A stretch of DNA of 64,000 nt, from positions 224,001 through 288,000 of the IMG/VR virus record IMGVR_UViG_3300032030_000005. One strand, written 5' to 3'. Made by a program: the position numbers and the translations under genes. Under the pieces are notes generated by a model. The model saw nothing but the letters and a program-made list of their open reading frames with translations. It was not told where the DNA came from and did no database searches. Position 1 is the stretch's first letter; each line of letters opens with the position of its first letter. This DNA is from a virus. Taxonomy: Duplodnaviria; Caudoviricetes. Below, in pieces: positions 18,811 through 28,743 of this stretch.

Positions 18811-19770
18811 ATGTCTGAATTAACTACTAAACAGAAAGATTCATTTGATGATTCTGTTTTTGGAGTTCCAGAATTAAGGAAATTTCCATTAAATGATAGA
18901 GAACATGTGTTAAAAGCCATTCAATTTTTTCATCATTGTCCTTTAACGTATAAAAAAGAATTAGCTAATAATATTAATAAAAAAGCTAAAGAATATAATA
19001 TTTCTATATCCAAATCATCTAATATATATGAGTATTTAAATGAAGAAGAACAATATGAAATAGATTTATTTGAAGATATTCATTTATTAGAAGATTCATT
19101 ATTATTTACAGAAGCTTTTGGTATGAATGAACAAGAAGCTAAAGGTTGTGTTGATACAGCTATCAATATGTGGAAAAAAAGAAAATCATTTATAAAAACT
19201 TATAAAGATAAACAAGTTTTATTAACTGATATAAGAAATGAAAAAATGATGATTGATAGTTTACAAAGATCTGGTGATTATAATGGTATCATTTTAAGAG
19301 CCAAAAATTCAGCTAATAAAATGAATACTTCTATTAATAAGCGTAATAATCAAACAGTTCAAGGATCTAAGAATAATGGTAGAGTTATGGGAAATCCTAT
19401 ATTCCAACGAAGAAATACAGCTTTTGGTGTTGGTGCTGCAACTCTTGTAGGTGCTACAGTAGCAGGTGGTGCTTTAGGTAAAGCAAGTGCTAATAAAAGA
19501 AATAACGGTCGTTTAGTTACTAAAGCTAAAGTAGGTGCAGGTGCTGTTGCCGGTGCTGCAGTTGGTAATGTAGCTGCTATGGCTGCTATGGGAGCAACTG
19601 CTGGACATCAGGAAAGACAAAAGAGAATAGCAAGAGATCCTAATGCTCCATTACAACAATATGCTAATAAATATGCTAACTTTATTAGTAATTTCCAAGG
19701 AGAAATTCTTGAATTACAACCTAATGTTGGAGGTCAGCAAAATCAGCAAGAAGGAGAAGGTGAAGATTAA
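18811..19770 (+). CDS. late protein with DUF6582-like N-terminus, xxE-rich linker and two glycine-zipper helices
   Basis: ELTTKQKDSFDDSVFGVPELRKFPLNDREHV; YLNE/LFED/LLED/FTEA; GAGAVAGAAVG. Confidence 0.6.
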   Translation: MSELTTKQKDSFDDSVFGVPELRKFPLNDREHVLKAIQFFHHCPLTYKKELANNINKKAKEYNISISKSSNIYEYLNEEEQYEIDLFEDIHLLEDSLLFTEAFGMNEQEAKGCVDTAINMWKKRKSFIKTYKDKQVLLTDIRNEKMMIDSLQRSGDYNGIILRAKNSANKMNTSINKRNNQTVQGSKNNGRVMGNPIFQRRNTAFGVGAATLVGATVAGGALGKASANKRNNGRLVTKAKVGAGAVAGAAVGNVAAMAAMGATAGHQERQKRIARDPNAPLQQYANKYANFISNFQGEILELQPNVGGQQNQQEGEGED

Positions 19771-21065
19771 TGGGTAAGTTTTTACAAGAGGATTCTTTAG
19801 AGAAAAAGACCCTAAATAATTATTTTGATAATTATTTAGATACTACTGAAAGATATTCAAAATGGCTTCAAGGTGCTCCTACATTTGTAACATACTATTC
19901 TATTAATCTAGAAAATTCTACCCAAGATCAAGGTCTTAATAATGTAATGGAAGTAGTTGGTGGAGAATCACCTATTAGATATAATAAGATAGAAAATTTT
20001 CCTATTTACCTTGAAGGAGAAATGAATTTTACAACTAATTTAGAAGAAGATGCTGGTTTTGATAGTGATTCTGAAGGTACTGGTATTATATTACCGGGTA
20101 CAATAGTTCCTCAAAATGATGATTTATTAGTATTTGAAATATTAGAGCATAAGCACATATATCGTGTGGCTAACGTAGAATATTCAAATACAAGTATTAG
20201 AAAGTTTTATAGAGTTTCTTTTTTTGTATCTCCGTTTGATATAGAAACCTTAGAAACTAGACAAGTTAAAGAAGAATATAATGTTATATATAATAATATA
20301 GGTACTGAAGTAGATCCTGTAATATCTAAGAAAGAATTCTCATTAATAACAGAAATTGATAAAGTCTTAGACTATTTGACTGAAAGGTATGTAAGATTTT
20401 ATTATGATAAGAAAGTTAATTCTTTTATATATAACTATGATAAGATGAATATGATTATTCATGAATTCTATAAAGATAATGGTATCTATGATCCAAAGCT
20501 GGCTTTTTTCATAAAACGAAATAATTTATTTATAAATAAGAAAACTTTTTTAAAAAATATTTATGTAGAAAGTTTATTACCTGATAGAGATTTAGATTAT
20601 GAAAGATCTATATACTCTTTATTTGAAACATTAGATACTGATGAATTTGAGTATCCTTATTTTTATTTTATACCTATAAATGAATCTGTATTTAAATTAC
20701 TTCAAGATAAATTCCATGAATTAGTTCATAATAAAGATGATGTATATAGAAAGTTTAAAATTATTCCAGATGGTAAAATAAGATCTGGACAATTTACATC
20801 AGTTGATTTAATTAAATATGTAACTGATACAAAACTTTTAATTGATGATTTACCTTTAAATGAGCAAATTATGATTATTTATTTAAGGTGTAGAAAATAT
20901 GAGGAACAAAATAATATTATAGATTATCTAGAAGATATAGTTACCCTTTCGAAAAAAATTAAAATCGACAAGGATTTCTATACCTATGTTCAAATACCAT
21001 GTATAATCTTTATACTAAAACAAATCAAAAGTATTATAACACATAGTACTAATTATATTAAATAG
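19770..21065 (+). CDS. putative virion structural protein
   Basis: Late operon; FVTYYSIN...SPIRYNKIENFPIY recalled from related jumbo phages, not verified. Confidence 0.5.
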   Translation: MGKFLQEDSLEKKTLNNYFDNYLDTTERYSKWLQGAPTFVTYYSINLENSTQDQGLNNVMEVVGGESPIRYNKIENFPIYLEGEMNFTTNLEEDAGFDSDSEGTGIILPGTIVPQNDDLLVFEILEHKHIYRVANVEYSNTSIRKFYRVSFFVSPFDIETLETRQVKEEYNVIYNNIGTEVDPVISKKEFSLITEIDKVLDYLTERYVRFYYDKKVNSFIYNYDKMNMIIHEFYKDNGIYDPKLAFFIKRNNLFINKKTFLKNIYVESLLPDRDLDYERSIYSLFETLDTDEFEYPYFYFIPINESVFKLLQDKFHELVHNKDDVYRKFKIIPDGKIRSGQFTSVDLIKYVTDTKLLIDDLPLNEQIMIIYLRCRKYEEQNNIIDYLEDIVTLSKKIKIDKDFYTYVQIPCIIFILKQIKSIITHSTNYIK

Positions 21066-21081
21066 AAAGGATTGAATTTTT

Positions 21082-22125
21082 ATGTTTAATTCATTAAGAG
21101 ACGAACTTAACAAAATTGCTTTAATGGAATCTGATGATTTAGAATATTTCAATGATCATACAGTCGATGGAGACGAAGGCGCAGCTGACGATGAGCTTTA
21201 CGATGATATCGAAGAAGGAGAAGAAGAAGAAGATTTCGATGATCTCGATGGCGAAGCTGTAAATGAAGCTATCGATGCTATTGTAAATCAGATGCTCGTT
21301 AATGAAGCCTTAGAAGATGCTGATTATGAAGAAGATTATGATTATGATGCAGATGATGAAGGCTATTATGAAGAAGACTATGATGAATACGAAGATTACT
21401 ATGATGAAGAAGAAGCATATGGTGATGACGTATTTGATGATGATTATGATGACGACGAATTTGATGATGACGACGATGAAGTAGATATGGATGAAGGCGT
21501 TGTTGGTGATGGTAAGACCGTTAAGGGCGATCCAAGCGATGATGAATATGATTCTGTAGATATCGGTGGCGTTACAAACTCAATTCATTATGATCTTAAG
21601 GAAGATATTGAAGATGATGAAGAAGATGATCTTGATGAGCTTTTAGAAGCTATGCTCAATGAATCAGATGATACAAATGATCTTAGAGCTACATCAAATG
21701 ATATCTTTGGTGATAGTGCTGATATGCCTTCACAAGATACACCTCCTTCACCACAGTATTCTAAGGTAACAGGTAGATGTGGTAGAACAGGTGCTACAGT
21801 TCCTACAACAGTTATGGGTGATGGACAGTTTGGTACATATGGTAAGTCAAAGTTCAGCCGTGACGTTTTAGGACAGGCAACTGTTGATGATGATGCATAT
21901 GATGAAGAAGGTAATTCATATGATTTATATGCTTCAGCTGGTAATATCTATGATGATGATGAAAATGAAGAATATTATGGCTTAAGAAATAAGGTTCAGA
22001 CAAAGAATCTTTTCGGTAGACATAATATCAACAACATCAACTATGCAGAACTTGGTGACAGATTTGCTGGTACTAAGGATGCATTAGATGAATCAGTAGA
22101 ACTCTTCCTTAGAGGCTTAGAATAA
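21082..22125 (+). CDS. highly acidic putative prohead core/scaffold protein
   Basis: D/E-rich with ALME, AVNE, LVNE, ALED, LLEA, MLNE, ALDE sites. Confidence 0.5.
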   Translation: MFNSLRDELNKIALMESDDLEYFNDHTVDGDEGAADDELYDDIEEGEEEEDFDDLDGEAVNEAIDAIVNQMLVNEALEDADYEEDYDYDADDEGYYEEDYDEYEDYYDEEEAYGDDVFDDDYDDDEFDDDDDEVDMDEGVVGDGKTVKGDPSDDEYDSVDIGGVTNSIHYDLKEDIEDDEEDDLDELLEAMLNESDDTNDLRATSNDIFGDSADMPSQDTPPSPQYSKVTGRCGRTGATVPTTVMGDGQFGTYGKSKFSRDVLGQATVDDDAYDEEGNSYDLYASAGNIYDDDENEEYYGLRNKVQTKNLFGRHNINNINYAELGDRFAGTKDALDESVELFLRGLE

Positions 22126-22149
22126 TATATTAAATAAGGAGTAAACCCT

Positions 22150-22638
22150 ATGAAAGTAGTAATTTTTGATGAAGGCTTTATTCCGGGTTTAGGCCGTGGT
22201 CCTTTTAGAACACCTATTGAAATTAGCGAAGACAAGTTCTTTCTCTACAAGAGAATGGGCATTCAAGTAATAAAGGCTGATGTTACAGCTCCTATTGCTG
22301 AAAGCGGTATATTCAATAGAACTGTTACTAAGAGTATTTCTGATAATATTCCTAATGAAGAACCAGAAGCAGTTGAAGAAGTAAAGCCTATTATTAAAGA
22401 AACTAAAGTTGAAGAAACTAAAATAGAAGAACCTGCTGTTGAAGAAGTAGCAGTAGAAGCAGCTAATGATTCAGAAGTTGATGAAGTTATCGAAGAAGCA
22501 GTTGAAGAGGAAGTAGCTATTAGCGATCTTACAAAGAAAGAGCTAGTAGATCTTTTACATGAGAATGGTATCGAAGAAGCTTCTAAGAATATGACGAAAG
22601 ACGAATTAGTTAAATTAGCTGAAGAATCTTTACAATAA
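22150..22638 (+). CDS. protein with C-terminal HeH/Rho-N-like domain
   Basis: SDLTKKELVDLLHENGI...MTKDELVKL. Confidence 0.6.
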   Translation: MKVVIFDEGFIPGLGRGPFRTPIEISEDKFFLYKRMGIQVIKADVTAPIAESGIFNRTVTKSISDNIPNEEPEAVEEVKPIIKETKVEETKIEEPAVEEVAVEAANDSEVDEVIEEAVEEEVAISDLTKKELVDLLHENGIEEASKNMTKDELVKLAEESLQ

Positions 22639-22645
22639 AAAAAAA

Positions 22646-22678
22646 ATATCCCTAAAGACTATATGTCTTTAGGGATAT
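22646..22678. terminator. palindrome-family bidirectional terminator
   Basis: ATATCCCTAAAGAC/GTCTTTAGGGATAT. Confidence 0.85.
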
Positions 22679-22682
22679 TTTA

Positions 22683-23408
22683 TTATCTAGATAAACTTAA
22701 GCATTCTTTATAGTATTCGACCATAATATTTCTTTTTGTAGCTTTCTCTAAGTAAGCTGGATCAAAGATACTATTATAAGAATATAATGGAATAAGCATT
22801 ATACAATCATTAATATTGTCTCCTGAATTATCTAAATAATCATACATATTAGATAACTCATCATCAACTATAATAGATATATTTTCAATATCTTTTATAA
22901 CATCAGATTTCTTTTCATTTATGTCTACAAATAAGATTTCTACATTTTCAATTATAGGTCCAAGTATACGTTTAATACATTTAATCTTAGCATCAGTATA
23001 AATATCAAATGTTCTTGTTACAACGTATACTTTATCAAAATTAAAGTGCTTATATTTAAATAGTGTAGGTATAAATTCACCTAACCTAGTAGTGATAACT
23101 TCTTTATAGAAATTATCACTTTCATTTAGGTATACCTTTAAGATATCCTGCATAGCTGCTTGCTTTTCTTTCTCTGTTAAGCTTTCTTTTAAGAGCCAAT
23201 CAGAGAAAAGATAAGTTGGTCTAGAAATTAAAGGATAGTTAAAGAAATCATTATAATTGTAGTTTAATGGAATAACTTCTGGCTTTATTTTAGTAAGTAA
23301 ATTTTTGTTATTCATTACACAATAAAACCATAAGTTAGTTGTGTATGTTAATACATCATCCATGTCTACTACAATTGAACCTTTTTTCACATTTCCCAAT
23401 TTTAGCAT
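22683..23408 (-). CDS. HAD-superfamily 5'(3')-deoxyribonucleotidase-like protein
   Basis: IVVDMDDVLT (motif I), VVTR, IIVDD. Confidence 0.75.
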   Translation of the reverse strand: MLKLGNVKKGSIVVDMDDVLTYTTNLWFYCVMNNKNLLTKIKPEVIPLNYNYNDFFNYPLISRPTYLFSDWLLKESLTEKEKQAAMQDILKVYLNESDNFYKEVITTRLGEFIPTLFKYKHFNFDKVYVVTRTFDIYTDAKIKCIKRILGPIIENVEILFVDINEKKSDVIKDIENISIIVDDELSNMYDYLDNSGDNINDCIMLIPLYSYNSIFDPAYLEKATKRNIMVEYYKECLSLSR

Positions 23409-23421
23409 TATAGTGTCCTCC

Positions 23422-25509
23422 TTATATCTTAATAATATTAGTTGGAATTAAATTCTTATCAATATTTGGTGTCTGTATATTAAGAGCATCTAATAATACA
23501 GTACCAGAATTAAGATGATCCAATACCATTTTATTTACATTTAAGAATGGCATTAACAGATCTGGAATCTTTGTTAGATTTTTTGGAAGACTTACGACGT
23601 TAATAATACCGTCTTTACATAATGCATTTTCTACTGTTGTAGTTTTATCTATTTTATAACTAAAGTTGATTACTTCATCCATTCTTTCTAAGAATAAATT
23701 ATATTCATTTTCATCAACTTCAAGATTCTTTTCTTCGATATATTTGTCTATTTGCGATTTGATTAATTCAATATTTGGTTCTATAATTACTTTTATAAGA
23801 TTAATATTGTTTGGATATACGATTTCTAATTCCGGGAATAATAAATTCCATGTCATACAACCTCTTACCTGCATTACATTAAGAGGATTCTTATATCCAC
23901 CAATTTCATTAGCTCTTAATGGTAAAGTATAATCTACGTTACCATCTTTTAATGACTGTTTAATATTATTACTTAACGTAAAATATTTTCTCAATATATT
24001 ATTGTATTTAATTTCATCTGATAATAATATATCATTCTTTAATAAATCTGTAAAGTGTTTTGCTACATTTTTATTAGTATTTGATTTCTTAATAGCAAGA
24101 CCTTTAAGGTCTATTTTCTGTTTCTCAATAATATTACCTTCTTGCATTAATACTGTAGAAGCATAAGACTTCTTATTCTTCGTAAGTAAGAGTCGTGAAA
24201 GCATAAACTCATTCTTCATATTAATCAATGGTCTATACTTTTCTGCAATAAAGTGTAATTTTCCAAATTTAAGATATGCTTCATTAATAACATTTGTAAT
24301 TAAATACGTTATACAATTAATAGAAGCAACCTTCATTTCCTTACTATCATCAACACATTCAATATTCTCTCTAAAATATTCATATGCTGGTTCAAGATGT
24401 AAAAAGTTTGAGTCAGTATCAACAATTGGTACTACTTTTCTCTTACCAAACTTACAGAAGTTATACTTATTAATATCTATAAAATTATAGAATACCCAAT
24501 CCTTTACATAACTCCATACATTCTTAAGTATTTCCTCATTCTCTTTCCATTCTTTATCAAATGTTGCCTTTAATTCTTTATCTTCTTCATGACCCTTTGG
24601 TAAGTTATTTGGACCATTAGGATTTAAGAATGGAATTTCCTTATTTAATATCTTTTCAAATTCTTTATATAATTTAGTATCTGTTAAAAATTCAAAAAGA
24701 TTATTTTTATAGTAGATCTTTTTAAGATCTTCTTTAGACAATTTGTTAAAATAATTAACTAATGATTCACATTCCATTAAATTAACATTTTCTACTGGAA
24801 TCATTGTTTCTGGATCATAAAATAGTTTACTAAATTTATCTAAGATTTTCTCTACAGTTATTTTTCTATTAGTATTTATTTCTGTAGTATATTCTGTTTC
24901 CAGAATATTATCAACGTAAACTATAATATCTGAAGATGTATAGAAATGTAAATTTCCTTTTAAGAACTTTTCGAAGGTATCAATGGCAGTCATGATAATT
25001 TCTTCACCAGATGCAGTAACAGATTCACCGCAATCTAAGTCTCTAAATATACTACCATTAGCAGTCAACACACCATAATATGAATTCATGATACTAGCTT
25101 TATAAGTCTGCTGTTCTGAATCATACCTATTCATTAATGTAGGATCTTCATCATTAATATGCTGGAACTTTAATTTCTTCGCTTCTTTTCTTTTGTTACC
25201 AGTATATTCTAACATTTTAGATTCCAAAGCTTCATGTTCTTCATGTTGTGCATATGCTGTTCCATACTTATTCAGTATGTGACCTTTTTTATTAAGGAAA
25301 GTTTCTAATTTGTCTAAAGCAACATCATTTACATCTGTACTAATCTGATCCATAAATCTGATATCGTAAGATATATTTTCATCTTGCTTATTTCTTTCTT
25401 TAATAATCTTATCAAGTTTCTTTTCTAATTCATATTCATCTTTTTCTGGAAAGGATCTTTTTAAAAATGATAACATTTTAGATTTATAATCCTCTACTTT
25501 GTTTGTCAT
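23422..25509 (-). CDS. family B DNA polymerase, polymerase subunit of a split phiKZ-type enzyme
   Basis: KASIMNSYYG (motif B), VDTDS (motif C), KKSYA, LKGL; no exonuclease motifs; early promoter 25556. Confidence 0.88.
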   Translation of the reverse strand: MTNKVEDYKSKMLSFLKRSFPEKDEYELEKKLDKIIKERNKQDENISYDIRFMDQISTDVNDVALDKLETFLNKKGHILNKYGTAYAQHEEHEALESKMLEYTGNKRKEAKKLKFQHINDEDPTLMNRYDSEQQTYKASIMNSYYGVLTANGSIFRDLDCGESVTASGEEIIMTAIDTFEKFLKGNLHFYTSSDIIVYVDNILETEYTTEINTNRKITVEKILDKFSKLFYDPETMIPVENVNLMECESLVNYFNKLSKEDLKKIYYKNNLFEFLTDTKLYKEFEKILNKEIPFLNPNGPNNLPKGHEEDKELKATFDKEWKENEEILKNVWSYVKDWVFYNFIDINKYNFCKFGKRKVVPIVDTDSNFLHLEPAYEYFRENIECVDDSKEMKVASINCITYLITNVINEAYLKFGKLHFIAEKYRPLINMKNEFMLSRLLLTKNKKSYASTVLMQEGNIIEKQKIDLKGLAIKKSNTNKNVAKHFTDLLKNDILLSDEIKYNNILRKYFTLSNNIKQSLKDGNVDYTLPLRANEIGGYKNPLNVMQVRGCMTWNLLFPELEIVYPNNINLIKVIIEPNIELIKSQIDKYIEEKNLEVDENEYNLFLERMDEVINFSYKIDKTTTVENALCKDGIINVVSLPKNLTKIPDLLMPFLNVNKMVLDHLNSGTVLLDALNIQTPNIDKNLIPTNIIKI

Positions 25510-25710
25510 TATTTTATCCTCCTTGTCTGAAATTGTACCATTACAGTACAAAAATATAATATATATTTAAATACAGAATTGTTGGTTTTAGAATTTTTAT
25601 TTTAGTCTAAAAGAATGTATTAAAAAAATAATGGATTAGTAACAATAATTTATTATACTGATATTTTTATCTAAATATTACAAATTTTACTTCGAAGGGA
25701 GCAATTAATT

Positions 25711-26043
25711 ATGTCAAAGTTTTTTGATAATTACAATGCTGATAATGTAATTGAATATATGAATGAAGCATTCGATCTTATTTATGAAAACGCTCATGCT
25801 GGTGAAAATACAGCTCTTAATGAAGCTAACGTTATTAAGCTCGATCAGCAGACAATGAAGAAGAAGATGATCCGTAGAGCTGAACTTGCTGCTGCTAAGA
25901 ATGCTGACGATCCGCTTTTCCATAAGTATATCAAGCACTCAAAGCTTAGAAAGCAGTATAGAAGAGCTATTCACGAAAAGTATAACTCAAAGGCTAACAT
26001 CATTTATAAGCAGTGGGTTGCTAGAAATAGAGGCAACGACTAA
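25711..26043 (+). CDS. putative internal head protein (acidic propeptide, basic mature part)
   Basis: YMNEA, IYEN, ALNEA then K/R-rich helices; late promoter 25641. Confidence 0.55.
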   Translation: MSKFFDNYNADNVIEYMNEAFDLIYENAHAGENTALNEANVIKLDQQTMKKKMIRRAELAAAKNADDPLFHKYIKHSKLRKQYRRAIHEKYNSKANIIYKQWVARNRGND

Positions 26044-26165
26044 TTTTATTTAAATTAAATGTCTTAAGGATAATATCCTTAAGACATTTTTATTCTCAAA
26101 AAAAAAAGGTTAAGGATATAATTGATATCCTTAACCTTTTTTATTATATTTATTAAATTATTTAT

Positions 26166-26357
26166 TTATTTATCTTTTTTATATATTTTAATACTGTAAA
26201 ATACATTTTTGCTATCAGGATATGTTTTATCAATATATTCTTCTACAGCATTTTTTATCTTTTTATATTCGTTTCTATAATACATACGATTAAATAATAT
26301 ATTTCCAATAAGGCATCCAATAAGAGTGCCTATAAAAGTACTAATAATTCTTGCCAT
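26166..26357 (-). CDS. small membrane protein
   Basis: N-terminal hydrophobic helix. Confidence 0.6.
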   Translation of the reverse strand: MARIISTFIGTLIGCLIGNILFNRMYYRNEYKKIKNAVEEYIDKTYPDSKNVFYSIKIYKKDK

Positions 26358-26362
26358 TTTTA

Positions 26363-26632
26363 TTACTCCTCATCATTATTATCATTAAATAATGTACTAT
26401 AAAATATTATATTAAAAATCGTTAATAATATCGCCACTACTACTGCAATGGCGATATATAACTTAGTTGAAGGTATTTTACTAATAATTATTAAATAGAT
26501 AATATCTAAAGCTATTGGAAACAGTAATCCTATTATAGCAATAATAACTGCAACCATTTTAATGAATACTTTTAAAAATAATTCTTTTATTTCTATTAAA
26601 AATTCCAATAGTTCTTTTAATTCTTCATTCAT
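26363..26632 (-). CDS. small two-TM membrane protein
   Basis: Two hydrophobic helices. Confidence 0.65.
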   Translation of the reverse strand: MNEELKELLEFLIEIKELFLKVFIKMVAVIIAIIGLLFPIALDIIYLIIISKIPSTKLYIAIAVVVAILLTIFNIIFYSTLFNDNNDEE

Positions 26633-26642
26633 TTTTACACCT

Positions 26643-28580
26643 TTATTTTAAAAGAATATCATAGTTAGAAAATCCCTTCTTAGATAATGTACCATACTTA
26701 TCTAACAGAAGCTGATCTTTAATCTTTTCAAATACCAGTGGCTTAGAAATACTCTTACTACAATAATGAATAGCGTCCGGTACAGAGTATAATTCATAAT
26801 CTGGCATTTCTTTACCCTTGAATAAAGATCTGTCTAACTTCATAAGATTTTTAATTAATAATGCAATATGAATGTAATCTGTCTTAGAATTACTCTCATA
26901 AAGTATATCAATAATCTTATTAAATAATTCGATAGCATTATGATTTCTTATAAATTCATTCTTCTCAATAATTTCTTTGAGTTTAAGCATCGGTCCAGAA
27001 AGTGAGTTATTATCAACAGAATAACTAAATATGTAATCAAAGTTCTTTAACTTCTTAGCTTTAATTACATACTTATCTAAATCCTTGTCTAAATCATTAA
27101 AGAGTAATTCATTTATTTCTGGATTTATTACAAAGTTAATATTATTATCAAGTTCAACCACATTACCATTATCAACAAGTGTAATTGAACTAATTTCATA
27201 TTCTTCACAATCTTCATCAACAAGGTCTTTACTAAATGCAAATACTACTTTATCGATATATTCTTCTTTAAGAATTAACTTATCAATTTCTATTGTGAAG
27301 TACTTAAGAATTTCTGGCTTAATACTTGTAAGAATAGCAGCCTGAAGAAGATGCTTTACAGAAAGATTTGTCTGTGTAATCATATTAGTAATGATGAGTG
27401 ATGCAATAATTCCTACATTCATATCCTTGTTAAAATTATACATACCACCATAACATTTTTTACAAATACCTGACTTACATGCACAAGTCATCGGTGTTCT
27501 AAGATAAATCGTCTTACCGATTAAATCAGAATCATCTTCACTCTTAATTTTCTTAAGATTCTTACCAGTAGATGTTTTTGAATAATATAAATTATTGATG
27601 TGCTGTAACTTCTTCTTATTTTCAACAGTAAATGGTATAAGATGCTTTGTTCCACAATCTTCTAAATCTGATACATATTCATCATTAAGAAGAATCTGAA
27701 GTTTTCTTGTAAGATATCCTGAATTCTTTGTCTGAATTTTAACAGTAATAAGTGCCTTAAGACAACCTACTGCATTAATATAGAAGTCAGTTACATCTCT
27801 TAATCCCATACAGAAATTTGTATCAATAGATCTTGGAATAATTTTCTCTTTAAGATCTGGCTTAAGGCCTATATATCCGAGAACCTGTCCAAGCTGTCGA
27901 TTATTAATTCCAGCACCAGAAGTGATAAAATTCTTAAATGTGTTTTCTTCATCATTAATTAATATTTCCTGAATTTTATTTACTATACTATGTGTATGAT
28001 CAATAATTTCTTCTGGTGTTACTACACCATTCTTTTCTTTTATAAAGCTATCTGGTTCATATAAAATCTTTCTGAACTCTTCATTTCTTTTTGCTAATTG
28101 TATAAATGAATGAAGATCAAAAGTTGGACCAAAGTTTTTAGTCATATCACATGTTAAATTATTAAGATTGTCTATGATTTCTACAAGAACTTCACCAATC
28201 ATATCAGGTTCATATCCTAACTGAACGCTGAAATAATCAATACACCAGTCGAAGTATTTTTCAATTTCATTAATATTACTTACATCTGGAAGTATATCAA
28301 TATTAATTTCTTCATCAAATACATAGAATGGCTCTAATATAATTAAGTAAGTAAGATACTGACCTAATTTAATTTCTCTTGGTTTTTCTCCATTAAATGT
28401 AACCTTAATTGGTTCATGTCTTCTCTCTATTTTCTCAGTTATATAGTTAGAGAGTTCTTTAATTTCATTTTCATATACGCTGACATCATTAATTATTCTA
28501 TCATCAGCGAATAATTCTTTTACATTCTGAATTTCCTCATCAATTTCTTTAATTTCTTTTACATTTTTGTTCTTTACCAT
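26643..28580 (-). CDS. multisubunit RNA polymerase beta' subunit, C-terminal part (probably non-virion RNAP)
   Basis: TKNSGYLTRKL bridge helix, DCGT, RTPMTC...GICKKCYG zinc site, TQTNLSVKH trigger loop; early promoter 28652. Confidence 0.9.
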   Translation of the reverse strand: MVKNKNVKEIKEIDEEIQNVKELFADDRIINDVSVYENEIKELSNYITEKIERRHEPIKVTFNGEKPREIKLGQYLTYLIILEPFYVFDEEINIDILPDVSNINEIEKYFDWCIDYFSVQLGYEPDMIGEVLVEIIDNLNNLTCDMTKNFGPTFDLHSFIQLAKRNEEFRKILYEPDSFIKEKNGVVTPEEIIDHTHSIVNKIQEILINDEENTFKNFITSGAGINNRQLGQVLGYIGLKPDLKEKIIPRSIDTNFCMGLRDVTDFYINAVGCLKALITVKIQTKNSGYLTRKLQILLNDEYVSDLEDCGTKHLIPFTVENKKKLQHINNLYYSKTSTGKNLKKIKSEDDSDLIGKTIYLRTPMTCACKSGICKKCYGGMYNFNKDMNVGIIASLIITNMITQTNLSVKHLLQAAILTSIKPEILKYFTIEIDKLILKEEYIDKVVFAFSKDLVDEDCEEYEISSITLVDNGNVVELDNNINFVINPEINELLFNDLDKDLDKYVIKAKKLKNFDYIFSYSVDNNSLSGPMLKLKEIIEKNEFIRNHNAIELFNKIIDILYESNSKTDYIHIALLIKNLMKLDRSLFKGKEMPDYELYSVPDAIHYCSKSISKPLVFEKIKDQLLLDKYGTLSKKGFSNYDILLK

Positions 28581-28743
28581 TATTTTTTACCCCCTTTAAA
28601 AGATAATAAAATATTAAATTAAAAATTTAAATTTTAATTTAATACCTTATAATAATATATATTTTAATTGGATTTTTAATTTTTTTTTAAAAATAAATTT
28701 TAACAAATTTATATCATAAATGTATGAAATTTGGAGGTTGAAT

